From the NCBI RefSeq assembly GCF_009914755.1, contig NC_060925.1: 64,000 bases of DNA; one strand, given 5' to 3'. Made by a program: the position numbers and the translations under genes. The stretch's first letter is position 1, and every line of letters starts with the position of its first letter. The notes below the pieces were generated by a model. The model was not told the DNA's origin. It worked only from the letters and a program-made list of their open reading frames with translations, and ran no database searches. This DNA comes from the human T2T-CHM13v2.0 reference genome, Homo sapiens. Positions 13,451 to 28,970 of this stretch are shown here, piece by piece.

Positions 13451-13666
13451 ACATAATGATGTTACTGGCTTAAAGGAATATATTGAAACCAAATCAAAAG
13501 AAAGACAGGAAACGCTGACATCAAAGGTTTACATAAACATTCCTGGAAAGCAAGAGAGGAGTGCATAAAAGAGAAGCGGTAAAGATCTTATCAGTCAATC
13601 TTGCTTTTAACTTTTACAATGTTATAAGTTTGTGTTTCTGGACTTGTCAGTGAGTCATTCTTGTAA

Positions 13667-14122
<456 letters not shown>

Positions 14123-14723
14123 TAACAGAGTTGAAAAACTCCTATCACCTAGTGATGTAATAATGTCACCGCAATAACGTTGTAGAGCAATGCGTTATCC
14201 ACCTATTTGTGGGGATGCTGGTGTAAATAAACTACTACTGCACTGCCAGTCTATAAAAGTGTAGAACATACAGTTATGTGCAGTACATAATACTTGACAA
14301 TGATAATAAGCAACCATGTGATTGGCTTACATATTTACTATACTATTATCATTATTTTAGAGTATACTTCTGCTTGAAAAAAAAAAGCCAGCTGTCAAAT
14401 AGCCTCAGGATGATTTCCAGAAGAAGATTGTGTTATCATAGGAGATGACACTTCCATGCCTGTTATTACCCCTGGACATCTTCCAGTGAGATAAGATGTG
14501 GAGGTAGAAGACAGTGATATTGTTAATCCTGACCTTGTGTAAGCCTATGCTAATGTCTGTGTTTTTGTCTTAGTTTTTAACAAAAAAAAGTTTTAAAACA
14601 TTGAAAAATAGAAAGAAGCTTGTAGAATAAGGATATAAATAAAATATTTTTGTATAGCTGTACAATATGTTTGTGTTTTAAGCTGTGTTATTACAAAAGA
14701 AAGTTTACTCATTTTAAAAGTTT

Positions 14724-15391
<668 letters not shown>

Positions 15392-15630
15392 GTTTATAAA
15401 GTAAAAAACTTACAGTAAGCTAACATTAATTTATTATTAAAGGAAGAAAAATGTTTAAAATAAATTTAGTGTAGTCTAAGTGTACATGTTTATAATTTAT
15501 GGTAGTGTACAGTAATGACCTAGGCCTTCACGTTCACTCACTGCTTACCTACTGACTCACCCAGAGCAACTTCCACTCCTGCAAGCTTCATTCATGGTAA
15601 GTCTCCTATACAGGTGTACCATTTTTAATC

Positions 15631-15925
15631 TTTTTTTTTTTTTTTGGAGACAGAGTCTCGCTCTGTTGCCCACGCTGGAGTGCAGTGGCACGATCTCAGC
15701 TCTGCAAGCTCCGCCTCCCAGGTTCACGCCATTCTCCTGCCTCAGCCTCCCAAGTAGCTGGGATTACAGCCACCTGCCACCACGCCTGGCTAATTTTTTG
15801 TATTTTTAGTAGAGACGGGGTTTCACCGTGTTAGCCAGGATGGTCTTGATCTCCTGACCTTGTGATCCACCCGTCTCAGCCTCCCAAAGTGCTGGGATTA
15901 CAGGCGTGAGCCACCGCGCCCGGCC
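15631..15925 (-). mobile_element. AluY nested in Tigger3
   Basis: Y diagnostics (ttcacgccattc, ccgtgttagccaggatg); TSD ccatttttaatctttt on both sides. Confidence 0.93.
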
Positions 15926-17408
15926 CCCATTTTTAATCTTTTATATCATATTTTGACTGTACCTTTTCTATATTTAGATATGTTTACATACACAAATACT
16001 AAACACTGTGTTCCAGATGCCTACAGTATTCAGTAAGGTAGCATGCTGTACAGGTTTGTAGCCTGGGAATAATAGGCTACGCTATATAGCCTCGGTGTAT
16101 AGAAAGCTATCCCATCTACGTTTGTGTAAGTACACTCTATGATGTTCATACAACGACAAAATTACCTAACAATGCACTTGTTACGACATATCCCCATCAT
16201 TAAGCTATGCATAACTGTATTTGAATACCCAATCTTGTTTTCTGCATTTTCCATAGTTTGAATATTCACTGAAGGGTTTAGTTCTTTGTAAAACAAAATA
16301 TTTTTTTTGTTAAAAAAGTAAACGAGCTTATATAAAGCAACAGATACCCCAACGTCCAATCCGATAATACTTTGGAAGCACGTTTAACAAGTGAACTGAC
16401 ATGAAGTGCAAAATGAGAGAAATTTTCTCTCATCTGGAATATCTGTCACAAAGCAAAGATGAAATCTATCAGATAAGGAAATTGTTTTATGTGTTTTAAA
16501 TTGTCACTTGAAGAATTATTTTTTAATTAAAATTTAGAATTTTTTATTTAGAATTTATTTTGCATTGATGCTTCCTTCCTTTAATGATTTTTACTATGAA
16601 ATATCTATGACAGGTAGTGATCATTATCATATATAATCAAATATATACTGTTCTTCAGTATGTTGGCTGATAATAATAATCATGCTTTTATTATCTTTTT
16701 TAAACCAAAATAAACCTCTGAAACTTTTAGTATAATCCTAGCACAGAAAAGATTCAGTTTATTGTTATGGTTACTCATTATGTTTTTAAAACATGTAAAG
16801 TGTTATGAAAACTACAAAATAACTTATGATTTCAAGAATTCCAATTTTTTGCTCCTGAATCTCAAGCCAATAGATCTCTATGACATTCTTCATATCTGCT
16901 GGGTGAAAGGGAGCTTTTTTCACTCCTTATCTTCGCATTCAAAATTCCTATCTGTTTTAGAATAACAGCTCAGCTGAAAATGTCAGGTAGCCTGGGTATT
17001 AAATCACACATTTGTAAACCCAAAATACTTTTTACGTTTCTGTCTTCTTACATCCGTACCATTCATCTTTCTCCCCTTAATTTCTTCTTTTTCTCTCAAC
17101 AAAATTTTTATTTATTTAACACATACATATTTAGCGAGTATTTATTGAGGACTCCTATTTTTCAGTAATAGTATTAGATACTGCCAATGAAAATATTAAT
17201 AAAATATAGTTGCTGTTCTTAAGGATCTTACAGTCTAGAAGATGATTTTTTAATTTTGAGAAAATTTCAAATACAGAAAAGTACAAAAATAACAATACAT
17301 TAATGCCATTCAATACCCACAACCCCCCAAATTGAACAAATTTTATATTTTCTTTTGTTTTTGGCCTTCCTAATTTATGAGGAATAAAGCATTATAAAGT
17401 TAACCAAC

Positions 17409-17779
17409 TGATACGGTTTGGCTGTGTCTCCACCCAGATCTCATCTTGAATTGTAATCCCCATAATCCCCACATGTCAACGGAGAGACCCTGTGGGAGGT
17501 GATTGGACCATGTGGGCGGTTTCCCCCAGGCTGTTCTCATGATAGTGAGTGAGTTCTCAGGAGATCTGATGTTTTTATAAGTTTTTGACAGTTCCTCCTT
17601 CACACACTCACACTCTCCTGCCGCCTTGTGAAGAAGATGCCTGCTTCTTCTGCCATGATTATAAGTTTCCTGAGGCCTCCCCAGCTATGTGAAACTGTGA
17701 GTCAATTAAACTTACTTTGTTTATAAATTACCCAGTCTCAGGTAGTATCTTTGTAGCAGTGTGAGAATGGACTAATACA
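17409..17779 (+). mobile_element. THE1-type MaLR solo LTR (THE1D-like) inside an old L1M fragment
   Basis: tgatacggtttggctgtgtc...ggactaataca; 5-bp TSD CCAAC (17404-17408, 17780-17784). Confidence 0.92.
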
Positions 17780-18249
17780 CCAACCCTCCGCAAGTGCAAC
17801 CTTCTATCATGAATTGGTGTGAATCATTTCAGTCCATTTGTAATACTTTTCTTGAATATATGTTCCCATTATATATAGGAATCATTCATGCATGTTTTTG
17901 TTTACAAAGATAGCATTGCTCTGTACCTAATCTTTATCACTTACCTTACCAGTTTGTCTTAAGCTATATCCATCCAAGTTTATTTTAGCAGCTGTATGCC
18001 ATTTTATTGATTATACCATATCATTCTATGCATTTTACTGCTGATGGACATTTAGGTTTCTGCCATCTTTTGCCATTACAAAAAACAAAAAAAATTCAGC
18101 AGTGAACATCCATGAATCATTTCCTTATGCACGTGTGTAAAATTTTCTCTAGGGTAAATATCCAGAAGTAGAATTGCTAGATTATAGGAGGTATTCATTT
18201 TTAGTTAATATATACTGCCAAATTACTCTCCAAGGTGGTTGTTCCAAAT

Positions 18250-19000
18250 CCTTTAATGAACATTTGTGGCATACCTTCTATATGCCAACATAGACTTAGA
18301 CACTGGGACAGGAGGAGTAAGCACGGCAAAAATCCCTGCCCTTGTAGAGTTCACATTTTAGTGGACAAAAACAGTCAAACATAAGTACATAGTGTGTTAG
18401 AAGGTGATAAATATTATGAGTAAAAATAAAACGGAGAAAGGAGAATGAGGAAGGCTGAGAAGTTGGCATTTTAAAAAGAGTGGAGAGTAGGCCTCACTGA
18501 GAAGTTAACATCTTAGCAAAAACTTGAAGGATATCTTGTTTAAGTTCTCCAGGCAGAGGGAACAGCCAATGCAAAAGAGGAGATGCCTACCTAGTGTGTT
18601 TGAGTAACCTCAAGGACACCAGTGTGTCTGCAGTGGTGTGAGCTGCAGGGAGTAATGGTAGGAAATGAAGCTTGTAACAGGAACCAGGTTATGCTGGACC
18701 TTGGCCATTGTGAGGACCTTGGCTTTTAAATGGAATGAAATTGGAGCTGTTGGAGGGTATTGAGCAGAAGACTGACATGATATGACTTGTTTTAAAAGTG
18801 CATCCCTCTGACTGCAATGTTGAAAATATATCCTAAAAGTATGAAGGATGGAAGAAGAGGTGTGAAGTATGACTCTTAAGTTTGTGCAAAGTGACCCTGA
18901 AGATGAAATTGCCATCAGCTAAGATGAAAAAGATGGCAGGAGGAGCAGGTATCTGGGGAGAACCAGCAGTTCAGTTTTTAGTGTGTTTTTGAGATGTCTG
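18250..19000 (-). mobile_element. L2 fragment
   Basis: Purine-rich degenerate L2 motifs (aaaatccctgcccttgtagagttcacattttagtgg; ccaggcagagggaacagc). Confidence 0.75.
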
Positions 19001-19706
19001 TAAAGTGCTTCTCAGACTATCTGTTAAAGGGTTAGTTGACTTGGTTTTGTTTTCATTTCTTTCACAGACTAATAATTCTGTAAAATTACAACATAAATAA
19101 ATTGCTAAAAGAATGAAATAAGGACGTTTGTAATACGAACCTCAATTTTGTTCATACATAACATAAAGTTACTGTGTCAATTTGCTAAAAAGTTTTTAAA
19201 CACCCAATTTCAGTACTACTTTTATTGCAGCTGGGTAACAATTATTTCATAAACTAGTGGTCTAGTAGCAAATATTTCCTGGCTGGCATTGAAGGAAAGG
19301 CCAGGCTTTAGATAACTATGTATTAAACATCCAAGTGGAAATGTCTCGTAGACAGTTGGATACTCAAATCTACTTTTAATAGTCACCAAAGGACAGAAGT
19401 AATGTCTATACATTCATTTTGAACAGAATTTTGATTAATTCTGGTTCCACAGCTATTCATTGAGAATATGCCACATTTGAAGCACTATCTGGTTTTTCAT
19501 GGCAATGCTATGAGGAAGGGACAGATTAAAATCTGTGGGCAATCTGGACAGGCTAGTAATTTGGTATCTGTTCATACTAATACCCCTTAAAAATGTGTTC
19601 ACCGTTTTTCTAGTGGAAATAGGGAAAAACTGATTTTTGTTAATAAACATATATATTCTTTCTTTACATTTGAAACAACTTATTAAAAACACACTTTTCC
19701 AAACTA

Positions 19707-20048
<342 letters not shown>

Positions 20049-21890
20049 TCAAAATGTAGGTATCAACGCAGGCTGAACTCAGGAATGGGAGTATTGCCTT
20101 TTGGTTGACCCTCATGATTGGTACTTTTACATGGCAAAATTTTTCAACATAGATTTTATTTCATATCTGAAGCTATTTGGTTGAGAGAAGAATACATTTA
20201 TGTCTCTCCTGGCATGTAAAAATTTCCCTATGGAAACCCAAACTAACTGACAACCTATTCACAATTCACTACAGGGAAGTTTGGTATCTTTTGAAGAATG
20301 CCCCTTAGGGCAGCATTGGTTGCCCTCACCCTTAGTTGTTCAATGTGGTTGCTCTTGCCCTTTATCTGGCCTGGCTCTGATGAAAGCATTATCATCCCAA
20401 ATTTTGCAGATGAGATTTAGAGAGTTTAATAACTTGTCTAATGCCACCTATGCAGAAAGTGACAAATTTAGGCTTCAACATAATTTCCTTACTTTAAATA
20501 CAATATTTGAGTGACTTCACTTTAAAAAATATTTAAGTGCTCTAATGACAATAAAAATTATACATGTAGAACTGATATTCACTGGCTTTTAATGCTTTAT
20601 GATATTGTAGGACTGTCACTACCATACAATGACTCTCCCACCACCAACTATTTCTGGGTGTAGAGAGTTAAGTCTCAGCCATACTGACAAGTAAGTCCAC
20701 TCTGCTACCACATGGCCCTGTTTTTACCTCCACAGCTCTTGCTTTGGCCCTTCTGGAGATATCTACTGCCTGAAGACTGCAGATGAGTGCTAGAGCCCTG
20801 CCTTCTCTTATGGGAAGGGCCAGCAATTCTGGAGCCACATGGGGCCTGTGTCCTCCTTAGTCCCCAGTAGACTCAAGCTATTCTGTGCAGTTAAGAATGC
20901 CTTTCTCCTGACTTTAATGTTGTATAGATCCTAATTTCTCATTGATGTTCTAGTCCATTTTTTTTTCTAGAATTGCCAAAATTGGCCCTTTCTTCCAACA
21001 GCTAAATCTTTGTCCCAGGGTCAGGCTTTTTTGTCTCTTTTTCTCCTTTCTGAAGCTGAGTACTCTTCAGATGATTCTCACTTCCTCATGCAATAGGTTG
21101 TGGTAGTTTCCCCAAGTGCTTGGAAAATATGTAGTAATCCCAGCAGTTTAGGGCTCAAACAAGAACATTTCTCCCTTCCAGACATAAAATAGGGTCCTCC
21201 ACGCCTAGTTTCTGAGCTAACTTTTTAAAAAAAATCCATAAAAAGAATGAGTCACTCACCAAAATAACTAGTAAAAATCTACCTCATATCAATTTATCAG
21301 ATTGTCCTTTTGTAAACCCAATCTGAAACTTATCAAGATGTCCTTAAAGAATCAGAGAAATATTTTCAATTATGACTTCTTGACTCTTTAGATGTTCACT
21401 CAATCAATAAAACTAAAACTAATTTTTACATATCTTCAAGTTTCAGGGAAATTCAATTCAACCTCCCCTGGAAAAGCATGGACACATTCACTAGCTACCA
21501 TGATGATATTTCATTTCTGACCACTCCCATGAAAGAACAGATGGTCAATCAATCATGAATTTGTAACATGAAGAAATTTCTAAACATTTCCAATTTAACT
21601 TTTAACTTTCTTGGTATTGTGACTTATGACTCATTCCATCAAATGGACATCCTCTTGGCATGTCTCTAAAGAAAAGATGACAGAAGGCCTTGGTGTCTCA
21701 GCCAGATCACAAGGTTATATAATTCTTACTTCCTTAAATCTGACCGTGAAGGATTATAATTTTTTTTAAGGAAAGCAAATTATTTGGAAAAATACAAAGA
21801 AGCTTCTGTTAGAGTTTCTTTTAGATTTACTTCCAAGAATAGTAAATCAATTACATAATTAAATATATGTTTTATTAAATACCTATGTCC

Positions 21891-22012
21891 AGCCGGCCAT
21901 GGCGGCTCACATCTGTAATCCCAGCACTTTGGGACACCAAGGCTTGGGCCCAGAAGTTCAAGACCAGCCTGGGCAACATAGTGAGATCCCCACTCTAAAC
22001 AACAATAACAAA
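21891..22012 (+). mobile_element. Alu left monomer (FLAM-like)
   Basis: Single arm with short internal deletion. Confidence 0.8.
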
Positions 22013-23889
22013 CCAAAATCTATGTTTGACATTATATCACAGTGTGATATAAAGGATATAAAGGAAATATAAAGTAATGAGACACCATCCCTGCCTTAAA
22101 GTCTAGAGGGGGAGACATCTATCTAAACAAGCTATTGCAACACAATGTAATACTTGCTATAATGGAAAAATAGAGGAAAGAGTGTCTAATTCTACCGAGT
22201 GCCTGTATGGCTGGACAGAGAAGGTGACATTTGAGTTGGGTCTTGAAAAATAAATAGTCATTTACCAAGTAATGAGGATGAAGAAAGGCATTACAGATGG
22301 AGGCAGAGGTAGAAGTGGTGGCACCTGGATGAGCAGACACACAGTTGTAACCCAGCACAGCACAGGGGACCAGTCAGGAGCTGTGTAACCAGAGCTCTGG
22401 CTCTCAACCTGAGACCCACACACTCCTGGACCTGCACAGCAGTATGTCAGGGGCTGTGCAAAACCACAGGATGAGCATGTCACAGTTGCCTAAGGTTTCT
22501 TTGTGTTTATTCAGTTTTCTGTCAATTTTAGTTAATAGTGGCTTTAGACATTTTTTTAAAAATTGAAACAAACACGAATCCATTGCAAAGCCAAATGCAA
22601 AAACTTCATAAATTCTTTATATGAAACAAATATGTCTCAGTTGCAGAAGTCTATTTCATGTTATAAACCTTCTTTCCATCAACCTACTACTCCCTCCTGG
22701 CCCCTGTGATTTCCTGCTCCTTGGCTGTTAAGGGTCTTCAGTTAAGAAGCACTGGACTAAAATGTGGGTTGGGCTGGGGACAGAGGCAGGAAATGAGGTT
22801 AGAAAAATAACTAATTACCTTCCAGATTTATTTCCAGTGTCTTTCAGAACCCTGTTTATACAGGGTTTCATATGCCAGATTGAGCATATTTAAGCAGGGT
22901 GACGTCAGGATTCAAACTATGGAAAATTATGTGGCAACTTGGCAAATAAATTAGAGGGAAAGAGATAGAACAAGTCAAAAGACTATTGCTACCGTCTAGG
23001 TGAGAGATAAGGCATATCTGAAATAAGGCAGAGGCAGAGGATGGCTAAGAGAAAATGGATTATTTGAGAGACAATTAAGAAAGAAAAATGACAGAACTTA
23101 AATGATATGTTGACTGTGGGCAGTAGAAGAGGAGTCAAGGATGACTTTCAGATTTCGTTTTGCAACTGATGGACAATGATACTATTACCTAGGGTAGAAA
23201 ATAAAGAAGGAAAAAAAGTTTCTGAAAGATAATGAGTTGACTTTGGCTCTGCTAAGTTGTGGTGCTATGGTCATTCATTCATTCACTACATTTAATCTTT
23301 ATTTAGCATCTATTAAACAACATGAACTGAACTACACAGGTAGTTGGAAATGTCCAGTAGCTAGAGGAAATTCAGGTATGGAATTTAAGAGATATGTTAG
23401 GCTGAGAATGTAGAAATGGAAGTCCAGTGTGTTTAGTGGTGATGGCTGAAGCTAAGGGGAATATATGATGCCGACGCCACCAGGAGAGTGCGAAGAGTGA
23501 CAAAAGAAGACTCAAGACTGAGCCCAGGGGAAAACGAATCTTCCACTTCCTGGGAGTGGACAAGCTGGAAAAAAGTTGTCAGAATGTTTAGATAATACCT
23601 CTTTTTTAGTTTTTTTCCTTCATAATTTGTATTGTAAAATTCATTTGAATTTTGTGAACACAAATTCTTCAGAAATTTGAAAGAATCTATATAATCTTTC
23701 TGCACATAACGTAAAAACCTTCATTCAGGATCCTTAAAGTCTCATATGTTATAAATGATTAGCCTCTTCTCAATTAAAGATTTTATTTAAATTGGGTGTA
23801 AAAATTAATTTAGACCAATTACAGAAGTCAATTACATTGCTTTATTAAATTCTGCCAGTTTACAAATTAGGAAGTTATTATTATTTATT

Positions 23890-24164
23890 ATTATTTTTTA
23901 AGACGGACCCTCGCTCTGTCGCCCAGGCTGGAGTGCAGTGGTGCGATCTTGGCTCCCAGGTTCAAGCGATTCTCCTGCCTCAGCCTTCTGAGTCGCTGGG
24001 ACTTACAGGTGCACGCCACCACGCCTGGCTAATTTTTTTGTATTTTTAGTAGAGACGGGGTTTCACCGTGTTAGCCAGGATAGTCTCGATCTCCTGACCT
24101 CGTGATCTGCCTTCCTCAGCCTCCCAAAGTGCTGGGATTACAGGCATGAGCCACCGCAGCAGCC
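23890..24164 (-). mobile_element. Alu (Sc/Y-like) flanked by a ~158-bp direct duplication
   Basis: Reverse Alu; flanks 23732-23889 and 24165-24322 align without gaps. Confidence 0.93.
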
Positions 24165-24829
24165 CCCTGAACTCTCATATGTTATAAATGATCAGCCTTT
24201 TCTCAATTAAAGATTTTATTTAAATTAGGTGTGAAAATTTATTTACACCAATTACAGCAGTCAATTACATTACTTTATTAAATTCTGCCACTTTACAAAT
24301 TAGACAGTTATAATTATTTTTTAAGGGAAAGGAGGAGAACAGTGTTCAGAGAGTTGAGCGTCACTGTATGAATCCCACCGGACTCCTAATCACAGATAAA
24401 ATGAACCTTGGGTTACTCACGGATTCAAGTTTCTTCCCCGGAGACTCATATTTATAGCTTGAGTCAAATTCTAAACAAAAGTTATTCTGGCAAGAAGGAA
24501 ATGTAACCCATTAGGGTTCTGGGGCGCCCACGACAACCAGTGGGGCGCAGCTTCCTCTCCACTCCCTAGGAGGGCCCAGCTCGCTGCAGGGGGTGGGCAG
24601 GAAAGCTGCCCGAAAGGATTCTGAGCGGGCAGCCTCCTTAACATTTTCTATCCTGGTTCCTAGGGTCCACACCCCAGAAAGATTCTTCTCTGGCTGAGAT
24701 TGCGGTGGGTGTGAGGCATGGACCGAGCCTGTTAGACCTGGGGTCAGGCCGGGCCACTGTCATTAATATACTTAAGACACAAAACTCTTTCCTTGGTAGT
24801 GGAAAGCTGCTGGCCTCACCCGGTTCGCG

Positions 24830-24980
24830 TTGAGTGACGTCACATAGTGGCAACCAATCACAAGTCTGCTTTGAAAGATACTGTTAGGGAGCGGACACTG
24901 TATTGGTAGAGATGCTCTGTCAATCTCGCAGAGGACTCGCCTCTTTTCTCTTAGAGACAGATGCGTCCTGGCAACAGTCG
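24830..24980 (+). promoter_or_regulatory. DNAI3 proximal promoter: palindromic CRE GTGACGTCAC (24834-24843), RFX-type half sites GGCAAC (24849-24854, 24970-24975), CCAATCA (24854-24860), reverse CCAAT (24902-24906)
   Basis: Motifs read directly; immediately upstream of the exon 1 donor; local CpG enrichment. Confidence 0.75.
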
Positions 24981-25118
24981 GCAGAGTTGCTGCGGTTTGT
25001 GCCCTTGCGATTTCTTTTTCTGAGAGAGGAGAGTCAAACTCCCACCTCCAGCTCTCGAAGGAGCTTTTCCTGAGGGCACTGCAAAGAGGCTCCTTTTCTT
25101 TCAGATCAGCAGTATCAG
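24959..25118 (+). other. DNAI3: DNAI3 non-coding exon 1 (5' end approximate)
   Basis: Strong donor CAG|GTAAGA at 25118/25119 downstream of the promoter motifs; the next exon carries the ATG. Confidence 0.8.
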
Positions 25119-25422
25119 GTAAGAGAAGCTCTGAATGGGAAAGGCGGCTTGGAAAACAAGTATTTTACTCACTCTTTCAAGGGTATTTGAACACTCGCTG
25201 TGTCAGCAATGTGCTAGGCTAGTGGCAGTGAAGACTACAAAAAACACAAGTCTTTCCCTGCTTTCAAAGAGCTTCCAGCCTCGTGAGGGAAACAAAAATA
25301 GCAACGAGAGAGCAGTTAACGACACTCTAAGAACTTTAAGGGCATGTACTGTCTTGTTCCCATGTTATATATACCCAGTGACTATCATATTGCCTAGTAC
25401 ATAGTAGGAACTCAATAAACCA

Positions 25423-25468
25423 TGAATGAGTGAGTTAATGAATGAATGAATGAATGAATGAATGAATG
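25423..25468. repeat. (GAAT)n microsatellite at the 3' end of an L2 fragment
   Basis: Read directly. Confidence 0.9.
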
Positions 25469-27239
25469 CCAAAACAGCATGATTCTGATTATCCGTCTAG
25501 GGGCGGGGGTCAAACAATAAAAGATTAATGTGGGCTGAAATAGATTACTTCAGGACTGTTTAGAAAGGGCTAGAGTAGATAAACAGTGAGGAAGATGAAC
25601 AGGGAACACAAACTCTTTGAAAGTAAGGACATTGTCTTATTCCCCTAGTGACTAGTTTACCCAGTACCTAATTGCTGCGCAATACTTTCTCCTTCTTCTT
25701 GTGTATGGTGAATGCTAAATGAATTCACAGCAATCTTTTAGGAAGCTCAGAGTTTGAAGCCCTCTGCCTTTGCAGAGGCCTGACATAAGTAATTACACAT
25801 AGTATGACTGGAAAGTATCAGGGAGAACAAGATTGTTTCAGCCTGAGTGAGGAAGTCAGGGAGGCTTTCGGCTTTGGGGGAAAAGTTCATAATTGCCTTG
25901 AATGATGAGAAAGATTGAAGCAAGCAGAGAGATGCCTGCATGGTGTGGACCAGGAGCAGCAGGAGGGGTGGGAGGGAAGGGGATTCTCCAGAGAGGGAGG
26001 TGGGAAAGTCCTCGACTGTTTGGGAATGAATGGAAACCGTGTGAGGCTGGAATAGAACTGGAAAGGTTGACGCAGTGAGGCACACTGTGAAAGTACTGAA
26101 GGCCATACTTATGTGAGTTCAGACTCTATTTTGTTTTGCAAAATCTGGTGTATAGACCACCAGTGCAAGACTGTCTCACAATGCTTTTAAAAATGCAGAG
26201 TCCCAGGCTCAACCCAGACCAGCAAAATCAAAGGAGGTCCAGGAAATTTGCATTTCAAATGAGCTCCATTTCTACAATCTGGAAGAGAATGCTACTGTGA
26301 ATGATAGGGACCCATAAAAAGTCATTATACAGGGAAGAGACTTGATAAGAGATGCATTTTTGGAGAGCTCTGAGGTTGGCCTCTTGAGTAGTTGTTCTGG
26401 TTAGAACAGAGGCAGAGAGGCCAGTTAAGTGTCCATGATCTAGGGCAGAGGATTCAGGGAGGAGAATCTGTGGATTTTTTTAATTACATATTTATTTTCA
26501 CTAACCACCAATTGAAATGTATTCAATTGGTAACAAACCACAGTAGTACTCACAGGCCTGTGACTTTGTTAGCAACTCTTTTCATATTACATTAAAGAGA
26601 TTGTAAATATATTATTTATACTCATCATTACCTCACAATTAAGGTAGTTATTAGAACCACAGCTAGATTTTGTTATTTAACATGTTAATAAAGTACAAAT
26701 TATTTTATCATAATTTAAAAAATATTTTAATAACTATATTTCCATATAATCTGTCTTCTTTGTAATCCCATGTTTTTATTTGATGCATGGGCTTCACCAG
26801 GCTGCCAAAGGTTCATGGCACAAAACAGGGTTGGAGCTCCAGTTTTGGAGGACATGTTAAAGACCTGAACCAGAGGAGGCTGTGGGAGAGAAGGGCTTGG
26901 AATTCAGAAGATATTTGGAAGGGAGAAGTAATAGGATAGCATCTACTCAAATAAGTGAATATCCAATCTTGGAAAGAAGTGGAAATAGGTATGGAAGGAA
27001 GGAAACAAGAGTATAGACTAATAGACATTGTAGGAATAGTTGTCTCTAGGGGTGGATGTTGTATACTTGCCAAAATATGGCTGAAGGACCCAGGAGAATC
27101 TTGAAGTTTAATCAGGGTCTTAGTGAAGATTTACTGAGAATCAATAGTTCTTGCAGACACATTTACCAGAGGCCCAAGATGTTAGTCTTGGGTTTTATTC
27201 TAAATCAATGTTTGTTTGTTTGTTTGTTTGTTTGTTTTA

Positions 27240-27710
<471 letters not shown>

Positions 27711-27923
27711 TTATAAATTATTTGGGAAGAGGAAAGAGGATGATGACCACCTAGATGAGGTCAGCTAATTGAAGAAGACCTGGGAAGATAAGACTTTCGT
27801 AAGGAAGACCCTAGTTAAAGAGAAGGTGCCAGTGCTACAAGTCCTTTCATAATCAAGATCTCTTGGCTGGGAATAAGCCACACATACACACAGGCAACAA
27901 ATGAGAGCATGTAAACAGGTGTG

Positions 27924-28375
27924 TGCTATCAACCTAGATAGCAAGCAGAGAGGGGGACTCTCTAAAATAAAATGTTTATTTGAGAATAGGCATTAACAAT
28001 GGGAAGATGCATGCGGTAGTAAACTATATGTATATTCAGGGAGATAAAAGGACACAAACGTTTTTAAAGGAAAAATGAGGAGGATTATGTCATTGTCTTC
28101 AGATAGTTATCCTTGGCTACAGAATCAGTGACAAGGGTGGCACCAGTCTGAGGTTGGACAGGCAGTTCCTGGGCAGATATCCTTGCAGAAGTATTTGTGT
28201 GTGTGTGTGTAGAGTGGCAATGGCCTTTATGCAAGTTTGTGATTCTGTATAGTCTTTTGTGATAGTTCTTGTTATCAGGCATTTGTGACATACACTCCCT
28301 TCATGGCCTTCCCTAGCTGTGTTTGTCTGAGTTTTTAACACAAGTGGCTCCATGCTGATTCTGACAACTTTCACA
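27924..28375 (-). mobile_element. ERV1-class solo LTR (MER65-like, family tentative)
   Basis: Minus strand starts tgtgaaagttgtcagaatca; AATAAA near its 3' end (tttatt ~27975). Confidence 0.65.
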
Positions 28376-28939
28376 ATGCATTGCATGAATAAAGTGAAGA
28401 GAGGAGATTAATAGCTGTTTAAATCACTGTATTATGACAATTTAATTTATGTTACTTATGCCTTCATCTATAGTAGTTCACCTCCTGAATAATAGAAGCA
28501 TCATAAAAGGATATAGTCATGGGCAAGTTGGAGAGTTAGTTTGGAAGCAGATCGTAGACAGCTGTGAATGCAGGGTTCCTCGTAATCAAGTGGTGCACCA
28601 TCACAGGTTTTGATCTGTTATGCAGGGGACTTACCCAATACACACTTTTGTCAACTTCTAATGTCTCTTGTTGTTAACGTAGAATCTAGAAAATGTGACC
28701 TTTGTGCATTGATGGCAAAAGGTGTTCTGAAATGGGTAAATTAATTTACAAAGAAAATAAGTAGTTTAAATATCAAGAATATTTTTAATAAAAATGCTTA
28801 AACATTTCTAAGTGTTACCTTCCAAAATTTCTATTTTGAAATACACTCAGCTCTAGTGGTTTGAAAACCAGTCAAAACACAAGCCACTGGGTTAGGCACA
28901 ACATTGATTTTAGGAGTAGACGAATTATCTCTTCTGCTA

Positions 28940-28942
<3 letters not shown>

Positions 28943-28970
<28 letters not shown>

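Noticed and set aside
22900-22907. Second perfect CRE TGACGTCA
   Set aside because: Isolated 8-mer within an L2-like region with no supporting motifs
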